Assembly: GCA_050084515.1 (NCBI GenBank)
Contig: CM114271.1
Span: forward strand, 4,650,001 to 4,714,000
DNA: 64,000 nucleotides
Origin: Blasia pusilla
Lineage: Eukaryota
Reading direction: 5' to 3'
A model generated the notes under the pieces. That model worked only from the letters and a program-made list of their open reading frames with translations, was not told where the DNA came from and ran no database searches. Positions 13,362 through 28,000 of the stretch are shown one piece after another (position 1 is the stretch's first letter; each line of letters starts with the position of its first letter). The translations under genes and the position numbers were made by a program.

Positions 13362-15717
13362 CTCGCCATAAGTTTCTCCCGATCAGTTGTTTCTCCGATT
13401 CCATCACTGAAGACACTCCATAGCCCGGCGTCCAGACCCTCCCAACCTGTCCTCATCGACGTGGTTTCCTCGAACAAGACCATGGTACCACGACGCACGA
13501 ACCCGGGAATCCTCGCCAGACTGCAGACGCTTCGTTTGTGCGAATGGAGATCGAAGGGCGTGGTTCTCGAAGTAGGGAGCGCACCATCACCATAGATTGC
13601 AAGTGGAGCAAAGCAAAGGAGAATGCGAGACTAACTTGTCAGTCTGGATATAAATCCTCACGCGTGGTGCTGAACGTATAGAAGACATAGACCTTCAATA
13701 CTGGTTTCCAATACGAAGGCTGAAAGCTCTACAGTTGGATCAAAGTTCACGGCCCCAACGGAAACAAAGCTGCAGTTCATGGATCGTTCTCCAAGGGAAG
13801 CTTCCCGACAGTCGGTACGTTTACGATACACCCAGTGTACAATTTCATGTCTGATAACTACAAGCTCCATTACGTCTGCGTTCTTCTCCACATAGACTCT
13901 ACTTGCGATGTGGGCTACAGTCCTCATCTGTTGCTGGAATGTGCAGCCCTACTGCTAGTACATTATCTCCAAACCAAACAACGCGTCTATTGCCCGAGAT
14001 CGCTGGCTGTTGCTGCCTGTGCAGCGGCAGGGAACTGCAGAGGCCCGATCTGATCTGGTCTGGTGGTACACTGCGGAGATCGCAGTTTTAGCGCCATGCC
14101 TGATGAGGAGAGCGCCTTTCAAAATTCTCATTCATGCGTGAAGAGGAAGGGCCGCAGTGACTCCGGGGCCTGGCTCGGCTTGGGGTGTGGTGTGGTGAAC
14201 GGCTAAGCCACTACAGGCGTCATTTCCTGTCCCTGTTTTCTCGCTCCTATGGTCATTCATTCATTCATTGCGTGTGTCAACTACGGCTATTGAATGCGGT
14301 CGGTATGGGAGCGGGATGAGAACTACGCTCGAAAGTTGTGCCCACCGGCGGCTCTGCTATCGCACAAACAACTACTTCGCCCCGAGCTTTACTACAATCA
14401 TTGCGCCTCGTTGGCATGATCTGCCCACCGATACCGTGCAGACTGTCCGCAACCCTCTCTCCCCACTACTGTACGCTCCAAATCGTCGAATATCCTCTCT
14501 GTCGTTTCGTTTGATTTGCTCCCCGCCTCCCTCGCTCTTGTGTATGCATCGGGTGCTGCAGGCGAGACGAGACGGGAGTACGTCTTCCTCGTACCGCCGT
14601 GACAGTCGGACAGTACGGGAACGATCCTTCTTCACGTCCCAACGCTCGTACTTCTTGCGGTTGCGTGCGATTCGAAGGGGAATTTATTCGTGGGGGCTTC
14701 GTTGGATTCGGTTGGTAGCCGATGCGGCTGCGACGACTCAAAAAGATGGTCGTAGATGCGTCGTTTGTTAGAGTTCTAGTCGTTTCAATTACTCCCATGG
14801 TTGTGTTAACTTGCTGATGACTACTGACAGATATCCGTTGGCTAGTGCCGACCAGAAAGGAGCAAAGCCGTTTCCCTGGAAATTCACGCCGACAATGCAG
14901 GATCGCCCTCTTCTGTCATAAGAATGCTTCAATTCCGGAATCCAGTGGAGGACTACGTAGTACGTACCCTTCCATAGAGACTGTTTTATTGTCCACCATG
15001 GGAGAAGATGACCATGAATGCGGGTCTTTAAGGTCAGCCACAAGAAAGAATGAGACAATAATGGAGTGGTTTACGGTCCAGCATGAGAGGAGAATCACAG
15101 GCCAGAGCCTCTCACAGTTAGGAGAGATGAAGGACAGCAAATAATTGCGCCGACCAACTCCACCACAGAGATTAAACTCCAACAGCCACCGTCATGAATT
15201 CGCGACTGGAAGTTTTCAGAACCCTCCTCATAACTGTAAGAATTCGTATAACATCGAGAGAATGAAATGTATGTATGTAGGTGACAGTGACAATGAGTCA
15301 CGTTTCGTATTATACAGATATTTTAATGGATTTTTGAAGTGCGTATCAGAATCGTAAGTTGTGAAAGGAGGAAAATATGCCAATAATCCTTCACCCAACC
15401 TTCTCTCTATTCGGTGCCGTGTTTCGCTCTACTGAGCTTCCTGGATGGTATGGAAATCAATCTTGTCGAGTACACTCTTCTGGAGAACATGCCGGTGCAA
15501 CTAAACTCTATGTGGCTTCAATCAAGAGGAGACGAGAAGGACTGTTCCTCAGTCCTCCACTTGCTTGAAGGATATGGCTGGTCGATGCTGCCACCCTGGC
15601 AAAGCACTTTGGTCAACTTCCTCATCGAAGGAGCAAAATCGTTGCCTTGCTGCTGATTCGACTGACTGCCTCGCTTCTTTTCTGAATTTGTCTATACCTA
15701 GTCCTGCAAGTTTCTCA

Positions 15718-18710
15718 CTAGGTGCGGTTCTGATGTGTAGGGTTGGATTTCGCACAAGGGACCAGCCTCAGGAGGAACCTCACTCTTCTTTGCCGCCTGC
15801 GCCGCTGGATACGTATCTGACAATTACCCACTCACACCAATTCACAACTCGGCAGGAAAGAAACGCCTCCAGTGGAAGGAGGCAGTCAACTCCGATCATT
15901 CAATGGCTAAACGCTTAATCACAGCAGGCAATGATAAAATTGAACTTTGGACGAATGGGTGTAACTAGCAGACAGCTCAGAAATCCATATTACAAAGTGA
16001 AAGAAAAACGGTGCCCTCACCTTCTCTTCGTCTAGCTTCTGCACTCTCCAGCATAGCCGAGATTCAACTTGTGCCGGTTTACGAACAGATTCCAACCTCC
16101 TGGATGTCGAGGAGAACAGAAAACCAAGAGAGTGCACACAAGTGTTAAAAACCTTCACGTAGATATCATGATGAGCGGGCGTTCTAGAGCGTGCCAAGTC
16201 AAGGAACATGAGCAGCAGGAAGCCTTCCGACAGTCGAGAAAAACATTTTGAACCCGTTGGAAAGTAGCACAATTGTGAAGTTCCACACCCACGGCAGAAC
16301 CCGAATCATCTTGTCAAATCACGAGGGACAGAGTGGATTGAAGCATGAAGACCTACTTGGAAGGGTAGGCACAACACTTACGCATTCTGAGATTCTTGCT
16401 CATGAGTGGCCGAAAGTCCAACACCAGTACTGACGTCTTTGAACTTCACGCTTTTCTTCCGAGACGAGCCGCAGTTGAGATCTGTTTGCAGGGCATTGCT
16501 AGGGGAACCCACACTATCATCAAACTGATGTATGGCTGTTCTTAGTTGAATTTTACCCGAGGTCGTTCGGCTTAGAATCCCAGGTGCATACCTTGTGCGC
16601 TGATTCTCATACTGTTGCTGGAAGTCATGAGCAGTAGGGCCTGAGAATCTTTTCCCATCCCGAAAGTGTGCACTTTGGGAAGCTTCCTCTTCAGGGCGAG
16701 TTGCTGGCTGCACACCATGCCTTCCCCATTTGGAAGAGCTTACTACAGGTAATATTTCTGGTTTGAAGCCTTTACTATCACCCATTACGGCATTGTAGAG
16801 TGATTGAGAAATATCAACTGAATCCCCAGATCGTTGATTCCTTGAACTTCTTTGCCTTCGTCTATGTGGCCTTCCGTCTGGTGTAGAGGCCTTGGACTTC
16901 ACCTTCTCTTTCGGCCATGTTTCAAACAGATGAGCTTGATCCTGATAATTTGTGAAGTTATGTGGCATTCTTCCATTTTCTTGCTCGCCAGGCATGCAAG
17001 CGAGAGTAATTTGGAGTTCCACAGGGCAGCCTAGAGCCATCTGAAAGGCGTTACATATTCTTGATCTTGACCGCTCTGCCCTTGCTTTGTGTTCCGGGTG
17101 GCGAAATTCCAAGTGTGCAACTGCAAAAGCTGCACATAGCGACATATCATCCAGAGAATAATGATGAGAACAATATATCTACGAGTAGATTCAATAAATA
17201 CCAGTACCGAGAAGAAAGCACAGAGATCAACTTTGGGAGATGACCAAATAGCTGAGAGCTTATTTCTTGGCCCGAAACCAGAAGGAAAAGAAATTTGTTC
17301 CATGGGAGAGAAGAGTGGGACCTTCTGCAACGAGTAGCGAGAGAAGTTTCCCTTGGCCTTGGAGTAACTGTTTCAGAACATTGGAGCGACTGCCTTGCAG
17401 GACTCTCTGCCATACCTCCTCGAGTTTTCGTTGACTCATAACAGTGTAGTCTTTCTGATTCAGATCGTCAATGCTGCCGGGTAAAAGAGGTTCATCCGAC
17501 CTTGCATTACTGGGTCTTCCAGATCTTTTCTCCCCAGGACTACCCAATCCGATGCCTAAGGGTGATTCTGCTGGATATATCTTGGCTTCTACATAACTGG
17601 AAATTGCAGATTTTCTAGACCGCCCTTCCGGAAAGGTTGAAGAAAGTGCCATCTGTAACCTCGACAACCCTTCGCGGTCCTTGTCAGGGTTGTAGTGAAT
17701 TTGCTCTTCACTTGTCCATGGCTGGACTGATTCACCCACTGTTTCTTTCTCACTGGTGTCGTTCAACTGCGCCACTGGGCTCGCCAGGACACTGGTCTCG
17801 ACAGAAGAGGCTTGATAGGATCTGTCGGGAGCAAACTGGAGCAGAGCAGCAGTCAGCCATGTGGGTTGATCACTTGAGGTTCTCAATTGCTTCTCCGCTT
17901 CGGACAGAATCCTCAAAGCTTGCCTCAACCTTACAGACTCCTCTTTCCTGCCTGCAAGAGTACATCCACACCATTAGAGTTTTCCTTGAGCGCCGACGAG
18001 CGCCTGCAAGTACCAAAGCTTGACTAGGCTCGAACATGACCGTAGCATTCATTGGGATTCCGAACAGGAAGAATGCAAAGCACAGAATAAGCCCACCAGT
18101 TCGTCTGAAGAAGAATCCTTTCATCTGCTTATCCCGAGAAACTTCGTAGGATCCCGCCAGGATGTCGGTGATAAGAGTTGCTAGCTGGGAAACCAACGCC
18201 AATGGTTCCACACCTCCACTAAGCAGTTCACGCATGCAGCGCACGGTGTTCACAGCATCCGCTGAAAGGGCCAAATCTAAAAGGTCGATCAATCGGTCGT
18301 TGGAAACCAGCCCAACCTGAGAAAAGAGACCAGGACAATGGACTTATTACGTTAGAGATCTCATCCTCCACTACATCCATCAAGGACGAAAAACGGGTAA
18401 TCATCTGAGACCTACTCAAGTCCGTACGAACTGCCCATGTACAACAACGATGTTTACTACTCCATCTTTCGAGCTGGTGACTGCTATGGGCCCTCTCCTG
18501 CAATCGGAAGCACTCGCTGCACCGCGACACATTCCAAAGAACAAAGCCAACCAATCATGCCCAAGAACGGGATGCTGAGAAACAACAGGATGTGCTCCGG
18601 GTGTGAAGGGTGGACATCGAGAAGTGCCAGAAGTAGCCATGCTACGAAGGACTGTGCAAAGTGTTGGCGAGACTGTAATAATTAAGTAGTGCTCACAATG
18701 GTCAACATAG

Positions 18711-18747
<37 letters not shown>

Positions 18748-19033
18748 ACTCATTGGGTCAATACCTGTCGGGGCCTTTAGAGCCATGGCCACCCTACCAT
18801 AACCTCGTAAGAGGGTTATGGTATGGTGCACTGAGAACGAGGCTACTCACCACCTAGATCCCGTCGTAGGCTTGGGACCATAGACCCCGCACCCTGGATG
18901 GATGGTGCTACCACGGAGAGAGCAAGAGAGAGAGAGAGAGAGTGACTACTCATTATGTAGTGCCTGTCGTAGCCTTGCGACCATAAACCCCGCGCCCTGA
19001 TTGCACGGTGCTTGAGACTGGGATGGGTGGGAT

Positions 19034-19066
<33 letters not shown>

Positions 19067-21701
19067 TAATGATGCACAGCTTTCATAGACTAGCGACCAT
19101 AGAGCAAGAGAGAACTCATTATGTAGTGTGTCGACAGAGAGTGAGAGACAGTACCATTTCTTGGACCATCGATGGGGTGACTTGCTTTCCCAGGAGACTG
19201 AGTTGATCAAGAATAGTTTCGGCATCTCTGAGAGAGCCATGAGCCTGTGCAGCAACGAGAGCTAGGGCAGACTCCTCCACCTCAAGATTTTCCATTCTAA
19301 CGAGAATTTCCAGGCGGTTTACGATGTCAACTTCTCTAATTTTGGAGAACAGGAACTTTTGACACCGAGAGACCGCGTTGCGAGGAATCTTTTCGGGCTC
19401 CGTTGTGATGAGCACAAACACGACGTGCCATGGAGGCTCCTCGAGGGCTTTGAGAAACGCATTCCAAGCTTCTGCACTGAGCAAGTGACAGCCATCGATA
19501 ATGAACACTTTGCAGCGGGACGTTGACGGCGTAGCAAGCATGCTGCCCAAGAGAGCCTTGACGCTCTCGATTCCATTGTTACTGCCTGCATCTAGCTCCC
19601 TGATGTCAGGCGAAGGGTGAGCACACTCTTTGCAGAACCCACACGGTCGATTGATGTCTGGACTGTCTGACACACAATTCAGTGCATGCGCGAAAATTCT
19701 GGCTGCAGATGTCTTCCCCGTACCACGAGGCCCTTGAAACAAATACACAGGAGCAATTTTCCCCTTGAGAACGGCAGAACTCAGAGACTTGACCACCAAG
19801 CTCTGGCCCACGAGCTCGCTGAAAGACCTGGGCCGGTACTTTTGACTCAAGCTCCGTGGCTCCTCGCTCTTCTGGTTGTGCAAGTGACCGAGAACCTCAT
19901 CACCATACGCTGGAGACGACGGCATCAAAGTGCCACTTAACTCCTCTCTGGTGGAGCCGAAGGTCAATTCCCCAGAGCGTTCAGCAGTGAGGAGCTTCCC
20001 ATCCGCTCGAGAACACGGGCTGTCCCCAGCTTCACCGATGCTCTGGTTCTCGAAATCCGAGCTCCTCTCTGCAAAGCCAAATCTATCTCCTGTGATTCGG
20101 CTGTCCACCAGAATCAAATCCCGCCGTGAGTTTGAACCCGGCTGCCCATCCTGCTTCCCCACCTTTCTCTTCGAGCTTTCCGCGAACCCACAGGCCAGAC
20201 TCCTGCCTGCAAGATCCAGAAACCTGCGGCCCTTGTACTTATGCATTCGAGTCCAGTACCAGGGGATTCCGCAGCCATTCCGGGGCAGCTCCGAGACCTC
20301 CAATTCGCCCTCCATGCCGAACACAGCCGCGCTATCAGCAGCCAATGCGGGTCGCAGGCTCGATCTTCGCCCTCTGAGTCTGCCATGACTACTTCCGGTC
20401 ACCCTCAAATTGATCCCCTCTCGATACCGAGATACGTCTCTGGAAGTCGAAGCCTTGTTATTGGACTTTCTCCTGCCTCCTCGCGTACTCCGATCGCTGT
20501 TCGTCATGGAGTCTCTGTACAGCAGCGGTGACTGAGCATGAGAGCTCAAGAGCGAGCTCCCAAGGGAGCTCAAATGAGAAGGGGGCAGCGACTGCTGCTT
20601 CAGACCATGCCTGAGACTGATTTCTTCCTCGTCACTGTCGATGTATTCATCTCCTTCGCTTTCATGTCCTCCCAAATCCAGGCCCGATATGGCCTGGTCG
20701 TGGTGGAGATGGTGCGGATGATCCAGAGCTTTGCTTCCGAAACTCGGAGAGGACAGCTGCGAGCCCTCCCTAGCCTGACCCGTTGACGTTTCAAAGATCA
20801 CCCTCCTCGCTATTTCTGCTCTCCTCTCCGTCTCATCCCACCCACTCTCCGGTATTCTGATGGAACCCCTCTGCAGCCTCTCATCCTCTACCACACTCCG
20901 TTCCAATCGCCCCTCGCTCACCATTCTCCCTGCTAGAATACGACCTTCCGAAGTCATCTCCTTCTCACCACCCTCCTCCTCCTCGTCTTCCTCTTCATCA
21001 TGCTGCTGCTGCTGCTCACTGGGGCCTTTGGGTCTGCGCTGGGATTTCGAGGCGTCGTTTGCGTCCGGGGCGGCGATCCCAAAGCGAGGGTAGCTCCTGG
21101 ACTTGGCCAACCTGCGTGATTTCTTGCCTTTCGCCTTCGAATCACCTCCCTGCTGCTGCTGCTCCACGCCGTGATTGAGGTAAGCATCCCTCATTTCGTT
21201 TTTCGCCACATTGTTCTCCTTTTGATCGAACGCTCCTTCAGAGGCCTCGTCACCGAAGCAATCGGCCACCCAATGGTGGCTGCCCCCTCTCAAGTCCACC
21301 TTCTCGCGCTTGGGCGTGGAATCACTGTCACGATTGTGCACGCGCCTCAGCTCTCGTCTAGAATCGCTGCCTGCGAGCTTCCCATTCCTAGCCTCTTCTC
21401 GCACAACCACTCCCGCGTCCTTGAATTTGCGGCTCCCGTGCGACGCGGAGCTCCACGCGGGACTCGTGGAGGGGTCGCGCAGAGAGCGAGTTCGTCTGAG
21501 GATGGTGAGCTCCTTCATGAGCGGAAGCTCGGAAGAATTCCGAGCCTCCATGAGAATCCTGTGCCTGTGCATGTGAACCAGATTTCTCAGATGGATATTG
21601 TTGGTCAAATGTACGTGGCTTCGTAGATGGTGGTGGGATTGATGGAGCACTCGACAGCCCGACGCAGCTCTGGGAGATGATTTCTCAGAGTCTTGGTTCA
21701 T
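15718..21701 (-). CDS. STI: STICHEL-like protein (DNA polymerase III gamma/tau-like clamp-loader AAA+ ATPase), 1440 aa, 6 exons
   Basis: Exons (-) 21701-19155, 18316-18097, 17951-17322, 17129-16382, 16099-16021, 15816-15718 total 4323 nt; GT-AG introns and phases consistent. Motifs: NGCGIPWYW, RSLSQKYRP, Walker A GPRGTGKT, zinc site ALNC...RPCGFCKEC, KVFIIDGCH, LEEPP, SRCQ, GSLRDAET.LDQL, LLDLALSADAVNTV, TWLTAALLQ, C-terminal LCWR...FLLRLVPCAK. Confidence 0.93.
18713..19145. repeat. (GA)n-punctuated degenerate repeats in STI intron 1
   Basis: GA tracts at about 18713, 18917 and 19033 separate related units (ctcattatgtagtg; gtcgtag.cttg.gaccata.accccgc.ccctg). Confidence 0.7.
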
Positions 21702-22640
21702 TGAAGAACTAGCCTACAACCCACCATCAATGGCACGATTTCCCGTCACACGTCGGGTAGGAACCGGTGCACAGGCGGTAGAACAACATCATCACGATTC
21801 CTTACGACCGCTTGATACTCAAAGTGAACCCACAAACTTTCAGACTCATGTTCAAACGAGCAATGCAGCGACATAGTTGGTCCCGTCCCATAAGCGAGTG
21901 CAATCCACCACTGCTCCTCGCGATCTGGAGCTCGTGGCCTCCACGGCTTTCCCCAATTCACCCAGCACAATTGCAGATCCTCGCCGAAACCGTCCAACGA
22001 TCGTTCACAAAGCCTCCCATCAAATCCCCCACGGAGAAAATCCGACGACGACAACCAGTCTCCCGTTGTGATTCCACCCACCAGCCACAGGCCATCTCCT
22101 CTAGCACTATCCGTCCTCCATAGGCTGTGCTAACCGGCGTCCGACGCATGAAGCATCGCTACGAAGCACCATAGCGCGTCCAGCGCTGGCGAACGCGAAA
22201 ACGTCGACGGCACCACTTCCACACGATGTGCGGCGCGGCTCGCAAATGCCTCTACCTCCCACAGACACGGACGAGAGGTGACTACCACTTCTGACTCCTC
22301 CTACTTCCTCTCCCTTCCGCACCGTAGACTAGAAATTGGTCGTGCTCGCCTTTGTCGACTCTCGCCTCTCTCCGATCTCTCCGCACCTGCGCCCACTCAC
22401 TCCGCACTGCAAGTGTGCGAGAGTCTCTGACTGCTGCTGCTGCGCTGATGTGAGATTCCGAGCTCGAACCCATCGTATAAGATGTTGACATCGTACTCCC
22501 TCAAGCTTCCGCGACTCGCTCCCTTCGATCGGACACCATCACCAGAGCCCCCGACAGTCGTCATCTTCTTCCTTCCTTCCTTTCCTTTCGTTCCTTGACC
22601 TTCGTCGATGCCTCCTCCCCACTCCTCGCTTCTCAGCTGT

Positions 22641-22662
22641 TGCTGCTGCTGCTGCTGCTGCT
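22641..22662. repeat. (GCT)n microsatellite upstream of the STI start
   Basis: tgctgctgctgctgctgctgct read directly. Confidence 0.85.
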
Positions 22663-23573
22663 ATTGCTGATGCGCGAGACGACAGACAAAGCTCTCCGCA
22701 CAGACGTTCCTTTGTCCTCCCGACTGACTGTCACTCGACCGCAGCAGTTGCAGCAGCAGAAGTCACCAGGTGGCAGGCGGTCATCTCGGCTCACCGGGTG
22801 AAAGCGGTCAAAACAACGACAACAACAACATCACTCCCACTGCCGCAGAAGTAAAATAAAAAATTAAAATAAAGAGAGGAGTGAAACTGCGTATCGGCAG
22901 TAGTAGAACGAGCACGGAGTGCCGGACTCGAGGAAGACAACTTCAATATTTATCCGCCGGTCCCTCGCAGACACGAACTGGCGGCTCGATCGCTCACTCG
23001 TCGGTCGCCGCTACATCCGCGTTCATCATCATCATCATCACAGCGATTGCCCGGCGCTGCAGTTCCGTTCCGGCCCCACCAGGAATGGGGAAACCTCTAC
23101 ATTTAAGGAGAGATCGCGATCCGACTGGGCCGTCGGCCAGGTAATCGCTGTCGGTCTCTACGCACACTTATACGCCTACGTGGCGTACAGGCGAGGGGAG
23201 AGCCTCTTCCTTCTTCTTTTTAACTTTCCCGCCAGATAAGAATAAGCTGCTGGGAACTTCTGCCCTGGGCAGACACAAATAACGGCACGGATGCGCCGGC
23301 AGCGTGCGATATTAACGGCGGATTTTACAGTTCCCTGGGTCTACCGTAGCTCTTACTGAAGTTTCCGTGAACAAATCCAGCGAAATTAAATACACCCGTA
23401 TTTATTGTCTTTTTATTCATCATTTATTTATTTATTCTAATACGCCCTATTACCTTTCCACGTCATCTCTGATCTACTCCTACCCTAGTAACCCTACTGC
23501 TCATCGTAATCATTCGGTCCTAGGATGACCGTTGAATAGTTTTTTAACTCAGGGAAGGGCAGGGCAGAACAGA

Positions 23574-23600
23574 ACTGGGCTGGGCTGGGCTGGGCTGGGC
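23574..23600. repeat. (CTGGG)n pentanucleotide repeat
   Basis: ctgggctgggctgggctgggctgggc read directly. Confidence 0.85.
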
Positions 23601-25004
23601 GGGCAGGGAAGCAGGCGGGCAGGCAGGCGTTTCCATTGGGGGAGGGGGGAGGATGGTAAGTGAATGATGAGGATCCACTCGATTGACTTCCATCCACTGG
23701 AAGCGAAAGTGCGTGGGAGTGTATTTTTGGTATTTTTCCTGAGCTCCTTTAAGTCCAAGGCTAAACCCCATGAGTGCAGAATCGCAGATATTGCGAACAC
23801 ATAAATAATATTATTATTATTAATAAACGAGAAGGCTTAATGTTTTTATAATTCCCCTGCAAGGAATCCCGTAGCCGAGGACGGAAGTTATGATTCCCTG
23901 GCATGCATCCCCAAGAATAGATCCTTATTCCATCCACAGCCTCGCCAGAGCTCCTCCATTCCTTATTGGTAGAGTTAGAAAAGAAAAAAGAAATAATGGG
24001 TATATTGCAATGGGGAAAGCATCCAGAAGTTGTTTTCCACTTTCAGAAGTTGCATCAAAAACTTGCCTACGCATTATGGGGATTTCTTTGCTATCATGAG
24101 AATCGTCGTCCAATAATTCTCTTGCATAAACTTCTGACATGCCCATATTTCACGTGAAGGACTTCTCCATTTTCTCGTATTCTTTCTTTCTTTCTTTTTT
24201 TATCACTTTGGAGAAGTTGTATCGGCACTCTCTCATGACTCCACGACTGTTATTCCAACCCCTCCTCTCCCCCCACATTTGCTCTTCCTCACACACTCTC
24301 GCCCAATCGTTCACCCAACTCAAGCACATGGGATCATTGTGGAGGACTGCATAATAAAAAGAACTTTCACTATATTAATGGTGATTCCATCTTGCCACAT
24401 GGATAGTTTCTTGTTTTCTTGAATTATGGGGTTGAGAGGACACTTTATCATCGTGTTTCTTCGTTGAAGCGGTGTGTATGTAGGAGGCTATGTATAGTTC
24501 CATAAAGTGTGGAAAAGGTACCTTATTCATGGGCTTTGGTGATGATCTATTATCATGTTTCATAAGTGCTTCCACCTTTGCACTTAAAGTTCTGGGATTT
24601 ATTTCATCTTGGGTTAGGAATCACTTTATTTTTTTCTTCTCATAAGGCTGGGTTTTATGTCGATTTACTGGTCATAAGTTTCAGTATTAAATAATTAAAA
24701 CTACTCAATTTATGCTTTTCATAAATGAAATTGTATACTTTCTGTTTTTATCTGTTTTCGTAAAAATATATGAGATGTGATTTTTCATTGATGGAAATTT
24801 ATTTGTGGCGCCTAACATGGAGATTTCATTTTCTCTATGATTATCTTGTAATATTCACTTACTATTGTAATTTATTCTAACTTGCTTAGATTATTTAATT
24901 TTTTAGTTGAGAAGGCATATTCTTTTGCACTTAAAACCATGTGATGGAAGGATAAATGTAATGCTTACATGTGTGTAATGATTTTCTCGATTTTGTAACC
25001 TTAT

Positions 25005-28000
25005 GGTATGGAGACCTCTTCACCGTTGTGGGATACGAGGGTTGACTTGCGGAGGAGTGCACATGAGCTCATGAGGCAAGCATGGAGCCATAACTTTATT
25101 CCGGAGTAGACACTGCGAGGTGACAATCGTGCTCCAAGAGAGGAGATGTTGGCATCCATGGATACCACGCTCGTTAGGACTTGTTGTGTTGTTAGATGCG
25201 ATGAGAGTTTAATCACGCGTAAATCATCCACGATTGTGGTAGACAAACTTTCTACCATCAGAGGTATTTCAGTGAGCTTAAGATGGAGTTCAACGAGCAT
25301 CACACTCAACAAAGGATGCTATCTTGGGTCCAACGCTACGATTTCATGTAAAGACGAATGATGATAGGTCATTGTTGACGATAGCCAATAGGTTGGAGCA
25401 CTTAAGGGTAGCCTTACCTACGTTTGTGAGTTTTTTAGTATCTCATGTCTTTCGTCAAGGAGAACTAGGTATGATATGGGTTGACAAGATCCAAGCTTTG
25501 GAAAAGTTTATTACTGATGATTCATAGCATGGTAGCGCAACGATGTCAAAGGTGTGAGAAGCATCATCAAGATAGGTTTTGGGTCATCATGATTGCACAA
25601 AAACAAAAAAGTTTGTCCCTAGGATATACATGGACGGAAATTTTTGGACATGCCCTCAGACATGGATTGTAAGAGATGGGATCCACACTTGTATTTCATG
25701 ATGGAAGGCATGGCAATAGCAAGTGGGGTAATAAGGGGGAGGGAGCGGAGGAAGAGGGAGGAAGAAATGGGAGAGTATGGAACATGAAGGCAAGATGGGG
25801 GGAATGAGAAAGCAGGGGAAGGTGAGGCCCATATGGACAAGTCCTTCCATAGAACGACCATAAGTCCTTGAATATGGACATGTCCATAGCCACGGACTTT
25901 TTCCACATATAACCTTGTGGATCATGCGATGGATGGATCATGGACTCGAATTATATCACATGGATACTTTGGCTAGGTTTGGTTGCGCAACAACAAATCC
26001 CATTGTCAGCTAACTCTGAGGATCTTATAGACAATGTTGAACGACAATGTACATGGACAATGTCTAACTCATGGAATCCATGAGTTAGCATGTTCAACAT
26101 TGTCTATAAGATCTATAGAGGCATTGGCTGGGGGCGAGACAAGAAGAGGTAGGCACCCATAGACATTTTGGGACATTGTTCGAGTAGCAAGTGCAAAGGT
26201 GGCTAGAGTAGCACACTTGGTTTATCTAGTATAGAATACGGTTTGGGAGGTCAAAGTGGAGTGGATGTAGCAGAGGTGGCCAGGATTGTTGGATAGCAAT
26301 CATATTATAAGTTGTCTTCTTCCTTGAATTTGAATCAGTTCGTGATGGAGATTTGGGAGCATGCACTAGGTTTCGAATTGATCGAAGGAGATAGACGATA
26401 GATGCAACCATTTTTGTGAGGGCATATGAGTTTTTTTGCCTCTAGTATGAGAGATTTGGGTACTTTGAAGGATCCTTGTATACAAATAGATTTGGTTAGT
26501 CATACGCCAATATTCTATCCATCCTACAAGAATTCCAACATGGAGAGAACCTTGCTTTAGAGTTGGAGTCAAGTCTTATGGAATTATCGTATGGAGAGTA
26601 TGTATCACCCACAGTCATGTTGGCAAAGAAGGATGTAAGCCAATACGCAAATGAGTGGGGATTGCCATCCTATCAATTGACATACAAGGTCAAATCAATA
26701 TGCCATGCTTACTTGTGGGGAGATCTTTAATATGATTCACCATGCAAAGATCTTCAATACTTTAGATCTCTAAATTGGCTTTCATCATTTTCTTATCAAG
26801 ATGGAGGATATGGGGAGATAAAATTTCAGATGATAGATAGGTTTGGGAGAGATTGTTTATGATATTGGCAAATCTTACCACTCAGATTGAAGAATGACCC
26901 AACGAAGTTCCAAAGAGTTACAAATAGGATTCTTGCTGGTAGGGAGTATCTGTTATGCTACATAGATGACATGCATTATCATTTTTGGTTCCAAAGTTGA
27001 GAAGCATGAGCAACACGTGGAGGAGGTGTTTTAATTATTGCAATTACATGGCTTGCAATTACATCTTAAAGTGCAAATTCTTCCAAGGGAAAATTGATTA
27101 TTTATGACAACCCATACACCTAAATGGGTTAGATGTTCAATAGACAAAGGTAGAGGTTGTTGAATTGCAAGGATCTCATATCCTATAGATATGAGTCAAA
27201 TGTGAGCATTTATGGGAATGGAAAAAAATGATCAACGATGTGTCAAGGTTTTTAATGCTATTACAAAGTCTCTAACCTTATCAACAAGTTTTGATGAGGT
27301 GTGGCATTTGGGAGATGATCAAGAGCAATAATTTCAAGAGCTCAAGGACAACTTAATGTCCTCAACCATTCTACGGATACTTATAAGAGGACCCATTCCA
27401 ATTACATACGAATTGGATCATCTTGGATCTAAGAGCAATGCTTACTTAGAAATATGATGAGGAGGAGGAGATCATTATGGCTTATGGGAGTCGACCAAAT
27501 AACATTGCAAAGGCAGAGGCAAAGTACATCTTTGATAAGGAGAGTGCTTGGTTGTAGTGTAGGACCCAACAAATTTTAGATGATATCTTTTTGGAAACCC
27601 TTTTATACTATTTACTAATCATTAGCCATTGAGATGGTTGATTTTGACAAGCTTATGAGGAAGATTTCCATGTGGGATCTATTTCAGTAAGAGAATTATT
27701 TTCAAGTGGTTCATAATTAAGTGAAGTTGGCTGAACTTAGATGCAGGTGGGTTGAGTCATAATCCATGCACGAGTAAGAGAGATGATTTATGAGCTTGAT
27801 GGCATAAAGATGATGATAAGGAGATGGTGCCTTGATGGCACGCATCTATCTTAACTTCTTATGTTGGTTGACTATGTCAGATGACCTGCACGTAGCAACT
27901 CAAGTGGTTGGTCCCGATGATGTGTCATCACATCGGGAGATTAGGCAAGAATAGATAGTCATGATCTTTAGGATGATGTGGAGGTTTTGGAGTTCCTATG

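Noticed and set aside
13350-15660. Short ORFs between the two convergent genes
   Set aside because: No recognisable domain or coherent exon chain; probably UTR or intergenic sequence.
19686-21626. Plus-strand ORFs overlapping STI exon 1
   Set aside because: They are antisense shadows of a GC-rich coding exon.
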